Source: a virus
Lineage: Duplodnaviria > Caudoviricetes
Length of the DNA stretch: 53,315 nt
Virus record (IMG/VR): IMGVR_UViG_3300030519_000023
Location: 1 to 53,315 of that record
Direction: 5' to 3' (one strand)
This document shows positions 25,801 through 35,301 of the stretch, piece by piece (positions within the stretch are counted from its first letter, which is position 1; each line of letters starts with the position of its first letter). The notes below the pieces were generated by a model that was not told the DNA's origin, did no database searches, and saw nothing but the letters and a program-made list of their open reading frames with translations. Made by a program: the position numbers and the translations under genes.

Positions 25801-27249
25801 ATGGACGTTCTTTCGATCCTCGGCCAGTTGGCCGAAACTTCCGCTGATCCCCGGATCCGCACCCTGGTCAAGTCCCTGACCTCCACCCAGGCGGGCGTGA
25901 ACCTCGCGGCCCTGACCGGCGGCGGCGCAACGCGGGTGGAAGCCCTGGAGCCGGAACTGGCGACCGCCACCGTCCAGAATCCCCACTTCGTGCTGTTCAA
26001 CCTCCTGTTCCCCAACCGACACACGAGCTGGAGCCTGATCGACCAGCAGGTTGTCCAGGACGGCATCGGCGGATACCCCGGCAGCGCGGTCTCCAACGAA
26101 ACCGGCTCCAACCTCAACCAGCGCAACGGCGCCTACCACCGGGTCATCACCGAGCTGAAGGTGCTGGCTGAATTCGGCGGCGTCACCGTTCCCACCGCCA
26201 TGCAGGGCGCCCTTCAGCAGGCGGCCGGCGCGGCTGACTTCAACTCGGCCGAGCAGGAAATCTTCTCCGCCCTGTCCCGGGTCCTCCAGACCGCCGAGTG
26301 GGAGCTGATTTTCGGCGACCCCACCATGAGCCCCCTGGAATTCCAGGGCATCATCCCCGGTCTCCTGGCCAACGCCCCCCAGAACGTGCTGAACCTGGGC
26401 GGAATCGCCCTGAACACCGGCAGTCAGGTCGCCCCCCTCGCGGCCCGCATCTCCGGCTTCGGCTCCTGGGGCTCCCCCGACGCCCTGATCGTTTCCCCGG
26501 CTTGCAAGGCGGACTTCGACGGCCACCTGGAAGCGGGATACCGGGTCAACCTGGATGCCAACGTTCCCAGCACCACCCTGGGCGCGATGGTCAAGTCCAT
26601 CAAGTATAACGGCCTGGGCATCGGCAACGGCGTCCTGGATCTCTACCCCCATGTGTTCCTGGACGAGAACATGCGGCAGCCGGTGGAGAACTTCGCCGCG
26701 ACTGAAATCTCCGGCAACGCCCCGGCCTCCATGACCGGTGTCGCCTCCGGCGCGACCGGCTCCATCCCCGCCGGCACCTATGCCTACCGGGTGGAAGCCG
26801 CCGGTCCCGGCTTCGTGTCGTCCTCGGTCCTCGTGACTGGCTCGACCGTCGTCGTCGCCGCGACCAACCAGGTGGCCCTGACCATCACCCAGTCCTCGGG
26901 TGCGGCCGAGAGCTACTACAACGTCTACCGCTCCAGCAAGAACGGCAGCACCGCTTCCAATATGTGCCGGTTCATCGGGCGCGTGGCCAAGACCGGCGCA
27001 ACCACCGTGTTCACCGACACCAACGCCACCATTCCCGGCACTTCCCAGGCCATCATGCTGACCTCGGCCCCGCAGTATGACGCTCTGCGTCTGGTGCAGA
27101 TGGCGCCCCCCAGCAAGATCCCCCTCGCCATGACCACCCTCCAGTATCAGTTCGCGGTCATGTATCTGGCTTGCCTCCGGCTCTCCCTGCCGAAGAAGCA
27201 TGCCCTGATCACCAACATCCTGCCCTCCAACGCCACCTGGCTGCCCTGA
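25801..27249 (+). CDS. Major capsid protein (A511/SPO1/K-like, with Ig-like insertion)
   Basis: LVKS-LT...GGGATRVEALE N-terminus; GTYAYRVEA...YYNVYRS insertion domain; strong codon bias; followed by a terminator. Confidence 0.88.
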   Translation: MDVLSILGQLAETSADPRIRTLVKSLTSTQAGVNLAALTGGGATRVEALEPELATATVQNPHFVLFNLLFPNRHTSWSLIDQQVVQDGIGGYPGSAVSNETGSNLNQRNGAYHRVITELKVLAEFGGVTVPTAMQGALQQAAGAADFNSAEQEIFSALSRVLQTAEWELIFGDPTMSPLEFQGIIPGLLANAPQNVLNLGGIALNTGSQVAPLAARISGFGSWGSPDALIVSPACKADFDGHLEAGYRVNLDANVPSTTLGAMVKSIKYNGLGIGNGVLDLYPHVFLDENMRQPVENFAATEISGNAPASMTGVASGATGSIPAGTYAYRVEAAGPGFVSSSVLVTGSTVVVAATNQVALTITQSSGAAESYYNVYRSSKNGSTASNMCRFIGRVAKTGATTVFTDTNATIPGTSQAIMLTSAPQYDALRLVQMAPPSKIPLAMTTLQYQFAVMYLACLRLSLPKKHALITNILPSNATWLP

Positions 27250-27264
27250 GTCATCTGGCACCTC

Positions 27265-27300
27265 GGCCCGGGTGCCCCCATGGGGTGCCTGGGCCTTTTT
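27265..27300 (+). terminator. Rho-independent terminator after the capsid gene
   Basis: GGCCCGGGTGCCCC-CAT-GGGGTGCCTGGGCC-TTTTT. Confidence 0.7.
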
Positions 27301-27314
27301 GATAGGAGTCCCCT

Positions 27315-27794
27315 GTGTCCGATCCCACCACCGTCACCGTGGCCCATCAGGGCCGCCCCTTCGATCCCCCTGTCATCAATACCAGTGCGGGCCCGGTCAT
27401 CTTCTGTCCCAACCCGGATGGCGGAAACCTCTGGCTTGGCCAGGCGTCTCCCGACCAAGCGGCCGAGCTGCTCAATTTCCCCTTTTTCCTGGAATTCAAA
27501 GGCGCCACGCCGGCCCCCAGTGCGGATTATGCCCCCCTGCCCGACAAGACCTGGACCAAGCCCGGCATCGCCCAGTGGGCCCTGGAATTCCTGGACGTGA
27601 CCCTGGACCAGACCAAGACCAAGGATGCGATGCTGGCCGACCTCAAGACGGCTTCCGATGCCGTGGCCGCCGCCAGCGTGGCCGTCCCCGCTGCCACCCC
27701 GGATCCCACCGCCCCGAATGCTGCTCTGGCTGCAATCCAGGCTGCCGAGGTTGCCCTCCAGGCCGCCGAAGCTGCGAACACCCCCCAGTCCTAA
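27315..27794 (+). CDS. Post-capsid accessory protein with HeH/LEM-like motif
   Basis: WTKPGIAQWALEFLDVTLDQTKTKDAML; AGGAG RBS with GTG start. Confidence 0.6.
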   Translation: MSDPTTVTVAHQGRPFDPPVINTSAGPVIFCPNPDGGNLWLGQASPDQAAELLNFPFFLEFKGATPAPSADYAPLPDKTWTKPGIAQWALEFLDVTLDQTKTKDAMLADLKTASDAVAAASVAVPAATPDPTAPNAALAAIQAAEVALQAAEAANTPQS

Positions 27795-27806
27795 ACCGGA
27801 GCATCC

Positions 27807-28580
27807 ATGGCCTTCCTGGTCACGCCAGCCTATCTCTTGGCAACCTACTTGAGTGGGCTGGTGACCCGGCTGCCCCAACTTGGCGAACCCGTGTTCGCTC
27901 CGTTCATTGCTGATGCCATCGCCGAGGGCCAGCTCCAAGTGAGCCGGGTCCTCGGTACCCGTTTTGCCCCGACCACCTTTACGCCCCAGTTCGACCCATA
28001 TGCCGATCCAGCCCTGGATCAAACTAACGGCCCGGCTGAATACGAGCCCTACTACCAGTGGCCCGGCTCCCTCCCGGGGGACGGCTTCCCGCGTATCAAG
28101 CCCCGGATCCGCCCCCTTCAGTCGGTCGTGAGCCTGATCCTCACCGTCCCTGGCACCCTCGTTTCCCAGTTCACCTTCGACCAGTCCTGGCTCCGGTGCG
28201 ACCGAAAGTCCAACGAGATCGTCATCGCCCCCGCGGGCGGGAACGCCGTCTATGCCCTCGCCTACGCTATGGGCGGCCTGGGGTGGCGGACGCCCCAGAG
28301 CTGCGCCCTGACCTATGTCGCTGGCCTGGAGCCCACCAACCCGGACTGGCCCAAGATCAACCGGCTGACGGCCATGAGGGCAACCCTGGCCCTTTTCCCC
28401 ATGATCTCCAGCATGATGAACCCCACGGCCATTTCCTCCCAATCGGCTGACGGAATCTCCCAGTCGCGCAAGTCGGGCTTCATCTTTTCCGACCTGGCTG
28501 AAAAGCTGGAGAAGGATTGCGAAGCCCTCACCAACGAACTCCTGGCGGCCTGGGATGGCCCCGGGCTGTTCGTGATGTGA
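27807..28580 (+). CDS. Head-tail adaptor (neck) protein
   Basis: Position; RPLQSVVSL, LTYVAG, ISSQSADGISQS pattern. Confidence 0.7.
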   Translation: MAFLVTPAYLLATYLSGLVTRLPQLGEPVFAPFIADAIAEGQLQVSRVLGTRFAPTTFTPQFDPYADPALDQTNGPAEYEPYYQWPGSLPGDGFPRIKPRIRPLQSVVSLILTVPGTLVSQFTFDQSWLRCDRKSNEIVIAPAGGNAVYALAYAMGGLGWRTPQSCALTYVAGLEPTNPDWPKINRLTAMRATLALFPMISSMMNPTAISSQSADGISQSRKSGFIFSDLAEKLEKDCEALTNELLAAWDGPGLFVM

Positions 28581-28593
28581 CGGGAGAAAACCA

Positions 28594-30135
28594 GTGGGTG
28601 CCTATCACGACGTAGCGTTTTATACCTTCGAGATTTGGGATTCAAACCTCATCGGACAGGCTTCGCAAGCGGATCTTGCGGACGCCTTCTCCCAATCCGT
28701 CACCCTTCGGCTGGCCCCCCAGGCGTTCACCGCTGAACAGGGGTTCAGGGCCGACTTCGGGATCGACCTCGCAGGCAACCCCGTGATCGTGGAAGCCGGG
28801 TTTGCCCCGGGCCGGTGGACCATGCGGGGCGTCTTTGGCGTCGGTCAACAAGGGTTGAGGGATTTGGCCTCCAATTATGACCAGGGGCTTATCACCTTCG
28901 GGCTCGATAATCGCCTTGCCCTTCGGGCTCTTTTTCAGAATTATGCCGACTCCAACGCTGCGCTTCTAGCCCAGCAAAAACCTCTTTTGAAGATGGTTTT
29001 CATGGCCCAGTCGGGCGGCCCTTCGGAATGGAAAAACGAGGTATGGTGGATCCTTCCGGTCGGGATGCCAACCGATGACCGGACGGCCTCCAAGCCCCTG
29101 GATTGGTCCTACTCCCTCACCTTCTGGGCCCTCCAGCGGGTGGATCAGGTAGTGGCCCTTTCGGACCAGCTCAATGGAATGTCGATCACCGGGCTCCTGG
29201 CCGCGATCAAGGCTATCACCGCCGAGATTCAAAGCATCCAGACCCTGATGAATATCAGCCAGTGGCCCATCGTCCAGACCATCCAGGGAATCATCACGGC
29301 GGTCCAGGGGGCGATCAATGCGGCCCAGAATCTCAGCGCCACCGTTTCGGCCGACACCCAGGGAGTCGCGGACCTCCTCCGCACCGCCGCCTTTGCGGTC
29401 TCCTCTCTGACCCAGACCGTCGTCAATGCCACGACGCTCCCCGTCCAGGCCAAGCAGGATCTCATCTGCGCCCTGACCAGCATGAGGATCGCCATCGGCG
29501 GGGCTCTCCTGCCCATCACCACCAATGGCGCCCTTACCATCGCCCCGACGCCCCCGTCCCCTGTCCCGGTCATCCCCGGGCGGGACCTCCGGCAGATTGC
29601 CGCCACCGTCCTCGGCGACGAGTCGGCATGGTCCACCATCGCTGCCCTGAACAACCTGGTCTACCCCTTCGTCTCCTGGCCGGCGCAAGGCGGCTCCCCA
29701 GCTCTTTCGAGCGGATTGGTCCCCGGTATCGTCGCGGCCCCCGGCGCCATCCTCTCGGTCCCCTCTGCCGCCCAGGCTGAAATCTTGGACCCGGTAGGGC
29801 TCGACCTGGACCCGGACGGTGGGGACTTTCTGGTTGGGAGCCTCCAGAACCTCGTCAATGCTCTCAATCGTCGGCTCAATACGCCCCTCGGCTACCTGCC
29901 CCAGCATCCCTCCTACGGCTCCTTGCTCTACGCCTACCTGGGCAAGGGCTTGACCGTGGACAACGCTCTGGCTATCCGGGGCGCCGTCGCCCAGACCCTG
30001 CTCCGCGACCCCCGCGTGACGGCGGTGACCCAGGTGACCGTGGCCTGTGATAGCACGACGGGGATTATCACCCCCACCGCAACCGTTCAAACCATCCTCG
30101 GCCCGGCCAGTTTCGCCGTGACCGGCGGTTCGTAA
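28594..30135 (+). CDS. Baseplate protein: tube-initiator-like, LysM and gp25-like fusion
   Basis: DLRQIAATVLGDESAWSTIAALNNL (LysM); LNTPLGYLPQHPSYGS...DPRVTAV (gp25/W). Confidence 0.75.
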   Translation: MGAYHDVAFYTFEIWDSNLIGQASQADLADAFSQSVTLRLAPQAFTAEQGFRADFGIDLAGNPVIVEAGFAPGRWTMRGVFGVGQQGLRDLASNYDQGLITFGLDNRLALRALFQNYADSNAALLAQQKPLLKMVFMAQSGGPSEWKNEVWWILPVGMPTDDRTASKPLDWSYSLTFWALQRVDQVVALSDQLNGMSITGLLAAIKAITAEIQSIQTLMNISQWPIVQTIQGIITAVQGAINAAQNLSATVSADTQGVADLLRTAAFAVSSLTQTVVNATTLPVQAKQDLICALTSMRIAIGGALLPITTNGALTIAPTPPSPVPVIPGRDLRQIAATVLGDESAWSTIAALNNLVYPFVSWPAQGGSPALSSGLVPGIVAAPGAILSVPSAAQAEILDPVGLDLDPDGGDFLVGSLQNLVNALNRRLNTPLGYLPQHPSYGSLLYAYLGKGLTVDNALAIRGAVAQTLLRDPRVTAVTQVTVACDSTTGIITPTATVQTILGPASFAVTGGS

Positions 30136-30144
30136 GGTGACCCC

Positions 30145-31416
30145 ATGACTGCATCCGCCTTCCAGGTCCGCGACTGGACCAGCTACACCCAGACCATGGC
30201 CTCGTGGATCGCCTCCAACCCGGGGCTGGTCCCGGGCTTCAATATGCCCTCCGACATGCAGACCGGATCCCTGGAGCGGGCCCACCTGGAGGCCATCGCC
30301 GTGGTCATGGAGGACTATGACGTGCGGGCAGACGGGGCCGTCGAATACGCCATCAACAACGCCGTCTACAATGCCTTCGGGTTCCCGGCCCTCTCTGCCA
30401 TTGCCTCTACTAGCGCCGTCGTCTTCTCCGCCCTGGTCGCGCCGGCCGTGAACATCGACATCCCCACGGGGACCAAGGTCGCCACGGCTTCAGGCGTCCA
30501 GTTCGTGACCATCCAGGACGCGACCCTCTCGGCCGGCGCCTTCAGCTCGGCAGCCGTCCCCGTCCAGGCGGCCACCCCGGGGGTCGCCGGGAACGTCCCG
30601 GCCGCCTCTCTCGCCCGGATCCTCTATCCCATTGCCGGGATTGATTCAGTCACCAACGGCCAGGCTACCGTGGGCGGGGCCGACGCGGAAACGGACGCGG
30701 CCAGGTCCGTCCGGTTCCAGAGCTGGATCAATACCCTGGTCCGGGGCACCAAGGAGGCCCTGGAATATGCTGCCATCAACGCCTCGGGCGCCTCCGTCGT
30801 GGATGCCCTTGCTGTCGAGCCTTTCCTTCTAATCCCGGCCCCGGCCGCTTTCGGGAACGTCTGGCTGTTCATTGACGACGGCCTCGGCACCGGAACCTTC
30901 ACCCCCCTCCTGGCCAACGGAACCATCGCCACCGCGACCTCCACCTCTCCGGTGACCGTCTCCAACCAGACCCTGATCGCCAAGGTTCTCAATGGGGGAC
31001 TGGGCCCGAATAACACCTTCATTCCGGGCTGGAAGGCCGCCGGAATTTCGGTGACCCTCAAGCCGGTCCCGCTATGCCCGGTCTACCTGACGGCTGCCGT
31101 GACGACCGCGACGAGCGCCAAAGGCAGGTTTGCGGCCATCCAGACCGCCCTGACCAATGCCGCCCTGACGGTGTTCAACTCCGTGACCATCGGCGAGACA
31201 GTGAGTTTCCACCAGCTCCTGGTCGCCCTCTCCATCGCCGACCCGGACATCATGAGCGTCAATCTCCAGATGGGAACCGCCCCGGGCTCCTACATCGCCC
31301 CCGGCATCGACATCGCATGGAACCCGAATGACCCGATTCAGGTTGGGTCCAGGTTCACCATGGAGAACGGGCTGGCCAGCGACAACAACACCTATCCCCT
31401 CTGGAACCTCTCATGA
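30145..31416 (+). CDS. Baseplate J-like wedge protein
   Basis: IPTGTKV, GVAGNVPA, GGADAETDAARSVRF, RGTKEAL. Confidence 0.9.
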   Translation: MTASAFQVRDWTSYTQTMASWIASNPGLVPGFNMPSDMQTGSLERAHLEAIAVVMEDYDVRADGAVEYAINNAVYNAFGFPALSAIASTSAVVFSALVAPAVNIDIPTGTKVATASGVQFVTIQDATLSAGAFSSAAVPVQAATPGVAGNVPAASLARILYPIAGIDSVTNGQATVGGADAETDAARSVRFQSWINTLVRGTKEALEYAAINASGASVVDALAVEPFLLIPAPAAFGNVWLFIDDGLGTGTFTPLLANGTIATATSTSPVTVSNQTLIAKVLNGGLGPNNTFIPGWKAAGISVTLKPVPLCPVYLTAAVTTATSAKGRFAAIQTALTNAALTVFNSVTIGETVSFHQLLVALSIADPDIMSVNLQMGTAPGSYIAPGIDIAWNPNDPIQVGSRFTMENGLASDNNTYPLWNLS

Positions 31417-33467
31417 CCGCAACCCATTACGGCGTCCAGGTCCGGGTCTATCTGGATTCAGTAGGGGCCATCATCCAGCAGGGGGTGGACCGGACCTATT
31501 CCCTCAAGATGCTGGAAACCGGGACTTCATTCACCGACGAGAACGGAAAGGTCTATTCGGATCCCATTGGGATTTCGGCCATCGACACCACCGAGAACAT
31601 GCGGGGGCACTCAGCCGGGCTCTCGCTCATGATGGGCACCATCGGGTCCATGCTTCGGACCCGGGTGGAATGCCAGGACTGCTTGAGAATCGAGGCCAAT
31701 ACTGGCGCCGGCTGGCGATGCCTATTCGACGGATTCATCTCCGGGGCCTCCTGGTCCCGCACCTCCACTGTTCGGGGCTACTCCTGGCGGCTCCAGCTTC
31801 ACGCCGAAGGGCTCCAGCGACTATTCCAACAGGGATGGCTCAACTGGCGCGGCGCCCTGGCGGCCGGGGCATCGGACATCCTGACGGCCCAGGGAATCCA
31901 GATTCTGAACAATCTCACCCGGGACAACCTTTTCACCAACCCCCAGAAGTTCATCGGAATGCTCCTGAATTTTGGGGTTTCAGACCTCATGGGGCTCACC
32001 GGGAGGGACGGGAATCCCATCGCTCTCAACCAGTATTGGCAGCTCGGGAACTACGGCGCCACGGCCGGCGGAGAGCCTGACTTTGATGCATCCACCCCCA
32101 TATGGACGAATTCGATGGGGCTCCAGCTTTCCGCCGTCCTCTACTCCTACCTGGAGGCAGAGGGGCCCCTGTGGCAGACCATCGTCAACTGCTCCGAGCC
32201 GGAACTGCACGAGCTTTTTGTGACCTACCTACCCCTGGGTGGAGACGACTCGAACTCCGAAGTCCCGACCGTGGTCTTCCGTCCCATTCCTTTTCCTGGC
32301 CAGGCGGGCGACCCAGCCGAGGGCCAGGCTATGCCGGCGGGGATGTCCTATCCCGACGATTCTGGTTGGAGTGCCCTCCCGGTGCTTCTCCTGGGCGGGA
32401 CTGATGGTCCGGCCCCCCTCAGCGTCTCTGCGTCCAAAAGCGATGCGGAGCGGAAAAATATGTTCGTCTGGTCGATGTCCACGGCCCTGGACGGGGACCA
32501 GAATTCCATTCTCGGGTTCAAGATGATGCTGGGCTACTACCTGGACCAGAATTCCCTTCGCCGGTATGGGTTCTGTTCTGACCAGATCACCACCAACGTC
32601 TACGACCGAAAGAATGCCGACTGGCTTGGGCAACAGATTCCCCGCGTCCTGGGCCGGGCCGCCTTTCAGCGGGCCGCCCTCCCCTACCTCTGGACCCACC
32701 AGCGCCACTACCCCCTCCTGCCCGGGGCCCGCGCCGGGACGGTCCTTCAAGACTCGACCGACGGGATCTGTGGCTACATCACCTCGGTCTCCCACCAGAT
32801 ACAGGCAGGGGATCCCGGGTCATTCCGGGCCGCAACCACTCTCCAGGTCGAGCGGGTGGTAGAAGGTGCAGATGCTCCGGTCACCCAAAGTTCCTATCCT
32901 GATGCCGTCCGGGAATACCTCTGGGACCTCCAGCATTTCGATTACAAGCCCGAGGACAACCCGGCAATCCAGGCCATCGTCTACAGCGAGAAGGGGAACC
33001 CTACTCCGGCCAAGGGGTTCAACCGGGTTGAGCCATGGACGGGGGCCATCGTGGTTCCGGCCGGAGGGGGGCTGGGAGCCCTCCGAATGCGCGGGGTCCG
33101 GTGTGGCGTCCACAAGGCCGTGGATTATTCGATGCCCGTCGGAACCCCCCTGGTTGCTCCCTGTGATGGGCAGTTTTTGGGGTGCTTCACTCAGAAAGAT
33201 TCCACCGGGAACATGATCGGGGCTGGACAGTATGTCCGCTTCCTTGCCGACGATGGAACCCATCATATGTTCGCCCACCTGTCCGTCTTTCCAACCCTTG
33301 CTGCGGGGGCCCGGGTCCTCTGTGGCGTTACAGGACTTGGGGTCACCGGGATCACCGGCCACACGACCGGGCCGCACCTCCACTGGCAAGTCCTCCAGAA
33401 TCTTGGAGGGAAAGACCGAGTGCTGGACCCCCAGGCTTGGCTTGCAGGACAAGGAGCCCCGCTATGA
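31413..33467 (+). CDS. Baseplate hub with C-terminal M23 endopeptidase
   Basis: HKAVD...FAHLS...TGHTTGPHLHW (HxxxD and HxH). Confidence 0.85.
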   Translation: MTATHYGVQVRVYLDSVGAIIQQGVDRTYSLKMLETGTSFTDENGKVYSDPIGISAIDTTENMRGHSAGLSLMMGTIGSMLRTRVECQDCLRIEANTGAGWRCLFDGFISGASWSRTSTVRGYSWRLQLHAEGLQRLFQQGWLNWRGALAAGASDILTAQGIQILNNLTRDNLFTNPQKFIGMLLNFGVSDLMGLTGRDGNPIALNQYWQLGNYGATAGGEPDFDASTPIWTNSMGLQLSAVLYSYLEAEGPLWQTIVNCSEPELHELFVTYLPLGGDDSNSEVPTVVFRPIPFPGQAGDPAEGQAMPAGMSYPDDSGWSALPVLLLGGTDGPAPLSVSASKSDAERKNMFVWSMSTALDGDQNSILGFKMMLGYYLDQNSLRRYGFCSDQITTNVYDRKNADWLGQQIPRVLGRAAFQRAALPYLWTHQRHYPLLPGARAGTVLQDSTDGICGYITSVSHQIQAGDPGSFRAATTLQVERVVEGADAPVTQSSYPDAVREYLWDLQHFDYKPEDNPAIQAIVYSEKGNPTPAKGFNRVEPWTGAIVVPAGGGLGALRMRGVRCGVHKAVDYSMPVGTPLVAPCDGQFLGCFTQKDSTGNMIGAGQYVRFLADDGTHHMFAHLSVFPTLAAGARVLCGVTGLGVTGITGHTTGPHLHWQVLQNLGGKDRVLDPQAWLAGQGAPL

Positions 33468-34471
33468 TGGGTGCCAATCTCGCCGTCGTTCATGCCCAGG
33501 TCCCCGAGCGCAACGGGGTCCAGGTGACGTGGCGCAACCTCCAATTTCAGGGGGCCCCAAACCCGTCGGATGAGGGATATGGTTTCGTGCGGGTCGGCAG
33601 CCAGCGGGCCCACCCGGCCCTCGGCATGGAAACCGACCTTCCTGCCGTTGGAGAACTCGGCCTGGTCCTCACCCTGGACGAGGAAGTGAGCATTTGGGTC
33701 TGCTCGGTGCCATGGCAGGACAACAACGCCATTTCGCCGGGCCTCACCCTGAAACGGCACGATTCGGGGGTCATCTCCCAGATCAACGCGTCCGGGGAGT
33801 GCCAGCTCGATTTTCCGGGCGGAATCTGCATCCGCACCACCATCGCCGACGAGCCCCTGATCATCCCCACGGGGAGCAACATCAAAGACCTGGGAGCCAG
33901 CACCACCAACTGGATGGCCATCGACCACCCTTCTGGCCTGTCCCTAAAGATCAGTCCCCTCGGTGACGTGGACATCACCGGGGCCAACGGGATCTCTATG
34001 TCGGCCGTGGCGCCCATCTCCATCCAGGGCTTCGGGACGTTCAATCTGTCCACCCTTCCCATGGCCGACAATCCCAACGCTGCCCTGGACTGGGGAACGG
34101 GCCCGAACGGCACCGGAATGGTCCAGCCGGTTTTGGATGTCACCGTCAATTCCGGCGGCAAGCTTATCCTGACCAGCGCCGGGGATACCGACATCACCGC
34201 GACGGGGGCACTCAATATCACTTCCACCGGGACAGCCACCCTCCACTCCGGCGGAAGCCTGAATCTGAACGCCACGGGTACCGTCAACCTCCAGGGCGGC
34301 GGGGTGCAGTTCGCCATGGCCGCCATCGTGGACTGGGCTACCTCCCATACCCACTCCGTCTCCGGCACCAGCGCCACGGGCGGGGCCGTCACGGGAACGG
34401 CCGCCGCCGCCTCCACACCACCCTCTGCGGCCTGCAAGTCGTCCAGTGCCCTCCAGGGCCTCCACGCATGA
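33464..34471 (+). CDS. Baseplate spike (gpV/gp45-like)
   Basis: LPAVGELGLV OB-fold motif, beta-helical repeats, SHTH metal-binding apex; ATG at 33464. Confidence 0.8.
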   Translation: MMGANLAVVHAQVPERNGVQVTWRNLQFQGAPNPSDEGYGFVRVGSQRAHPALGMETDLPAVGELGLVLTLDEEVSIWVCSVPWQDNNAISPGLTLKRHDSGVISQINASGECQLDFPGGICIRTTIADEPLIIPTGSNIKDLGASTTNWMAIDHPSGLSLKISPLGDVDITGANGISMSAVAPISIQGFGTFNLSTLPMADNPNAALDWGTGPNGTGMVQPVLDVTVNSGGKLILTSAGDTDITATGALNITSTGTATLHSGGSLNLNATGTVNLQGGGVQFAMAAIVDWATSHTHSVSGTSATGGAVTGTAAAASTPPSAACKSSSALQGLHA

Positions 34472-35301
34472 CGGACTTCTTCCTGACCCTCCCCAACGGG
34501 CTCCTGGACGCCTTGAAGCCCGAGATTCTCGCCATAGCCACCATGGTCCCGGATGAATTCGTCAATCTGGCCCATGCTGTCGGCGTGACGGCCTACGACG
34601 CCAAGGACAAATACGAGGGATACCTGGCCGGGGGCGCCATACCCGGCCGGGGCCAACTCAAGAAACCGGCGATCCTCAAGGGGCAAACCATCTGCCGCCC
34701 CCTGAATGCAATGGCTTGGTCCATCGGCCACGAGGACGACGCGGCCAAACGGATCGAGGAAGGGTCGCCGGAATACGACATGAAGAAGTCCCTTGCCACG
34801 GCGCCGAAGGCTCGGACAGCAAAAGACGGGTCGAAATACCTAATCATCCCCTTTCGCCACGGGATCCCTGGCACCCGAGGAATGCCGGCCATGCCCAAAG
34901 CTGTTTATAAGCTGGCCAAGGCAATGAGCTTCAGCCATCACCTGGGAGTGGTCGGCAGCCGTCTTTCCGCCACCGGCCACCAGGTCCCGCTCTTTGGCTA
35001 CCAGTGGGGTGACCGCTTAGGCAAGGGCCTGGCGCCCAAGTCGAAGCCCTGGCATGTGACCGACCCCTATGCCGGAATGGTCCGGTTCAAGGACGCCACC
35101 AAGGCCAAGACTGCCGCCGGATACATCACCTTCCGGGTCATGAGCGAGAAGTCTGCCGCCCGGTCATGGATCCGCCCGGCCCAGCCCGGCCTGTTTCCCC
35201 TGGAAACCGCCATGGAGCAAGCATGGGATGAAAACGTCCCCTACCTGGAAGCCGCCCTTTGGGAGGACATCCAGGTGAAGTGGGGCGTTCAGTCCGACTA
35301 G
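34468..35301 (+). CDS. Neck / tail-completion protein
   Basis: YDMKKSL...YLIIPFRH...YITFRVMS...SWIRP motifs of K/A511-type neck proteins. Confidence 0.65.
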   Translation: MTDFFLTLPNGLLDALKPEILAIATMVPDEFVNLAHAVGVTAYDAKDKYEGYLAGGAIPGRGQLKKPAILKGQTICRPLNAMAWSIGHEDDAAKRIEEGSPEYDMKKSLATAPKARTAKDGSKYLIIPFRHGIPGTRGMPAMPKAVYKLAKAMSFSHHLGVVGSRLSATGHQVPLFGYQWGDRLGKGLAPKSKPWHVTDPYAGMVRFKDATKAKTAAGYITFRVMSEKSAARSWIRPAQPGLFPLETAMEQAWDENVPYLEAALWEDIQVKWGVQSD

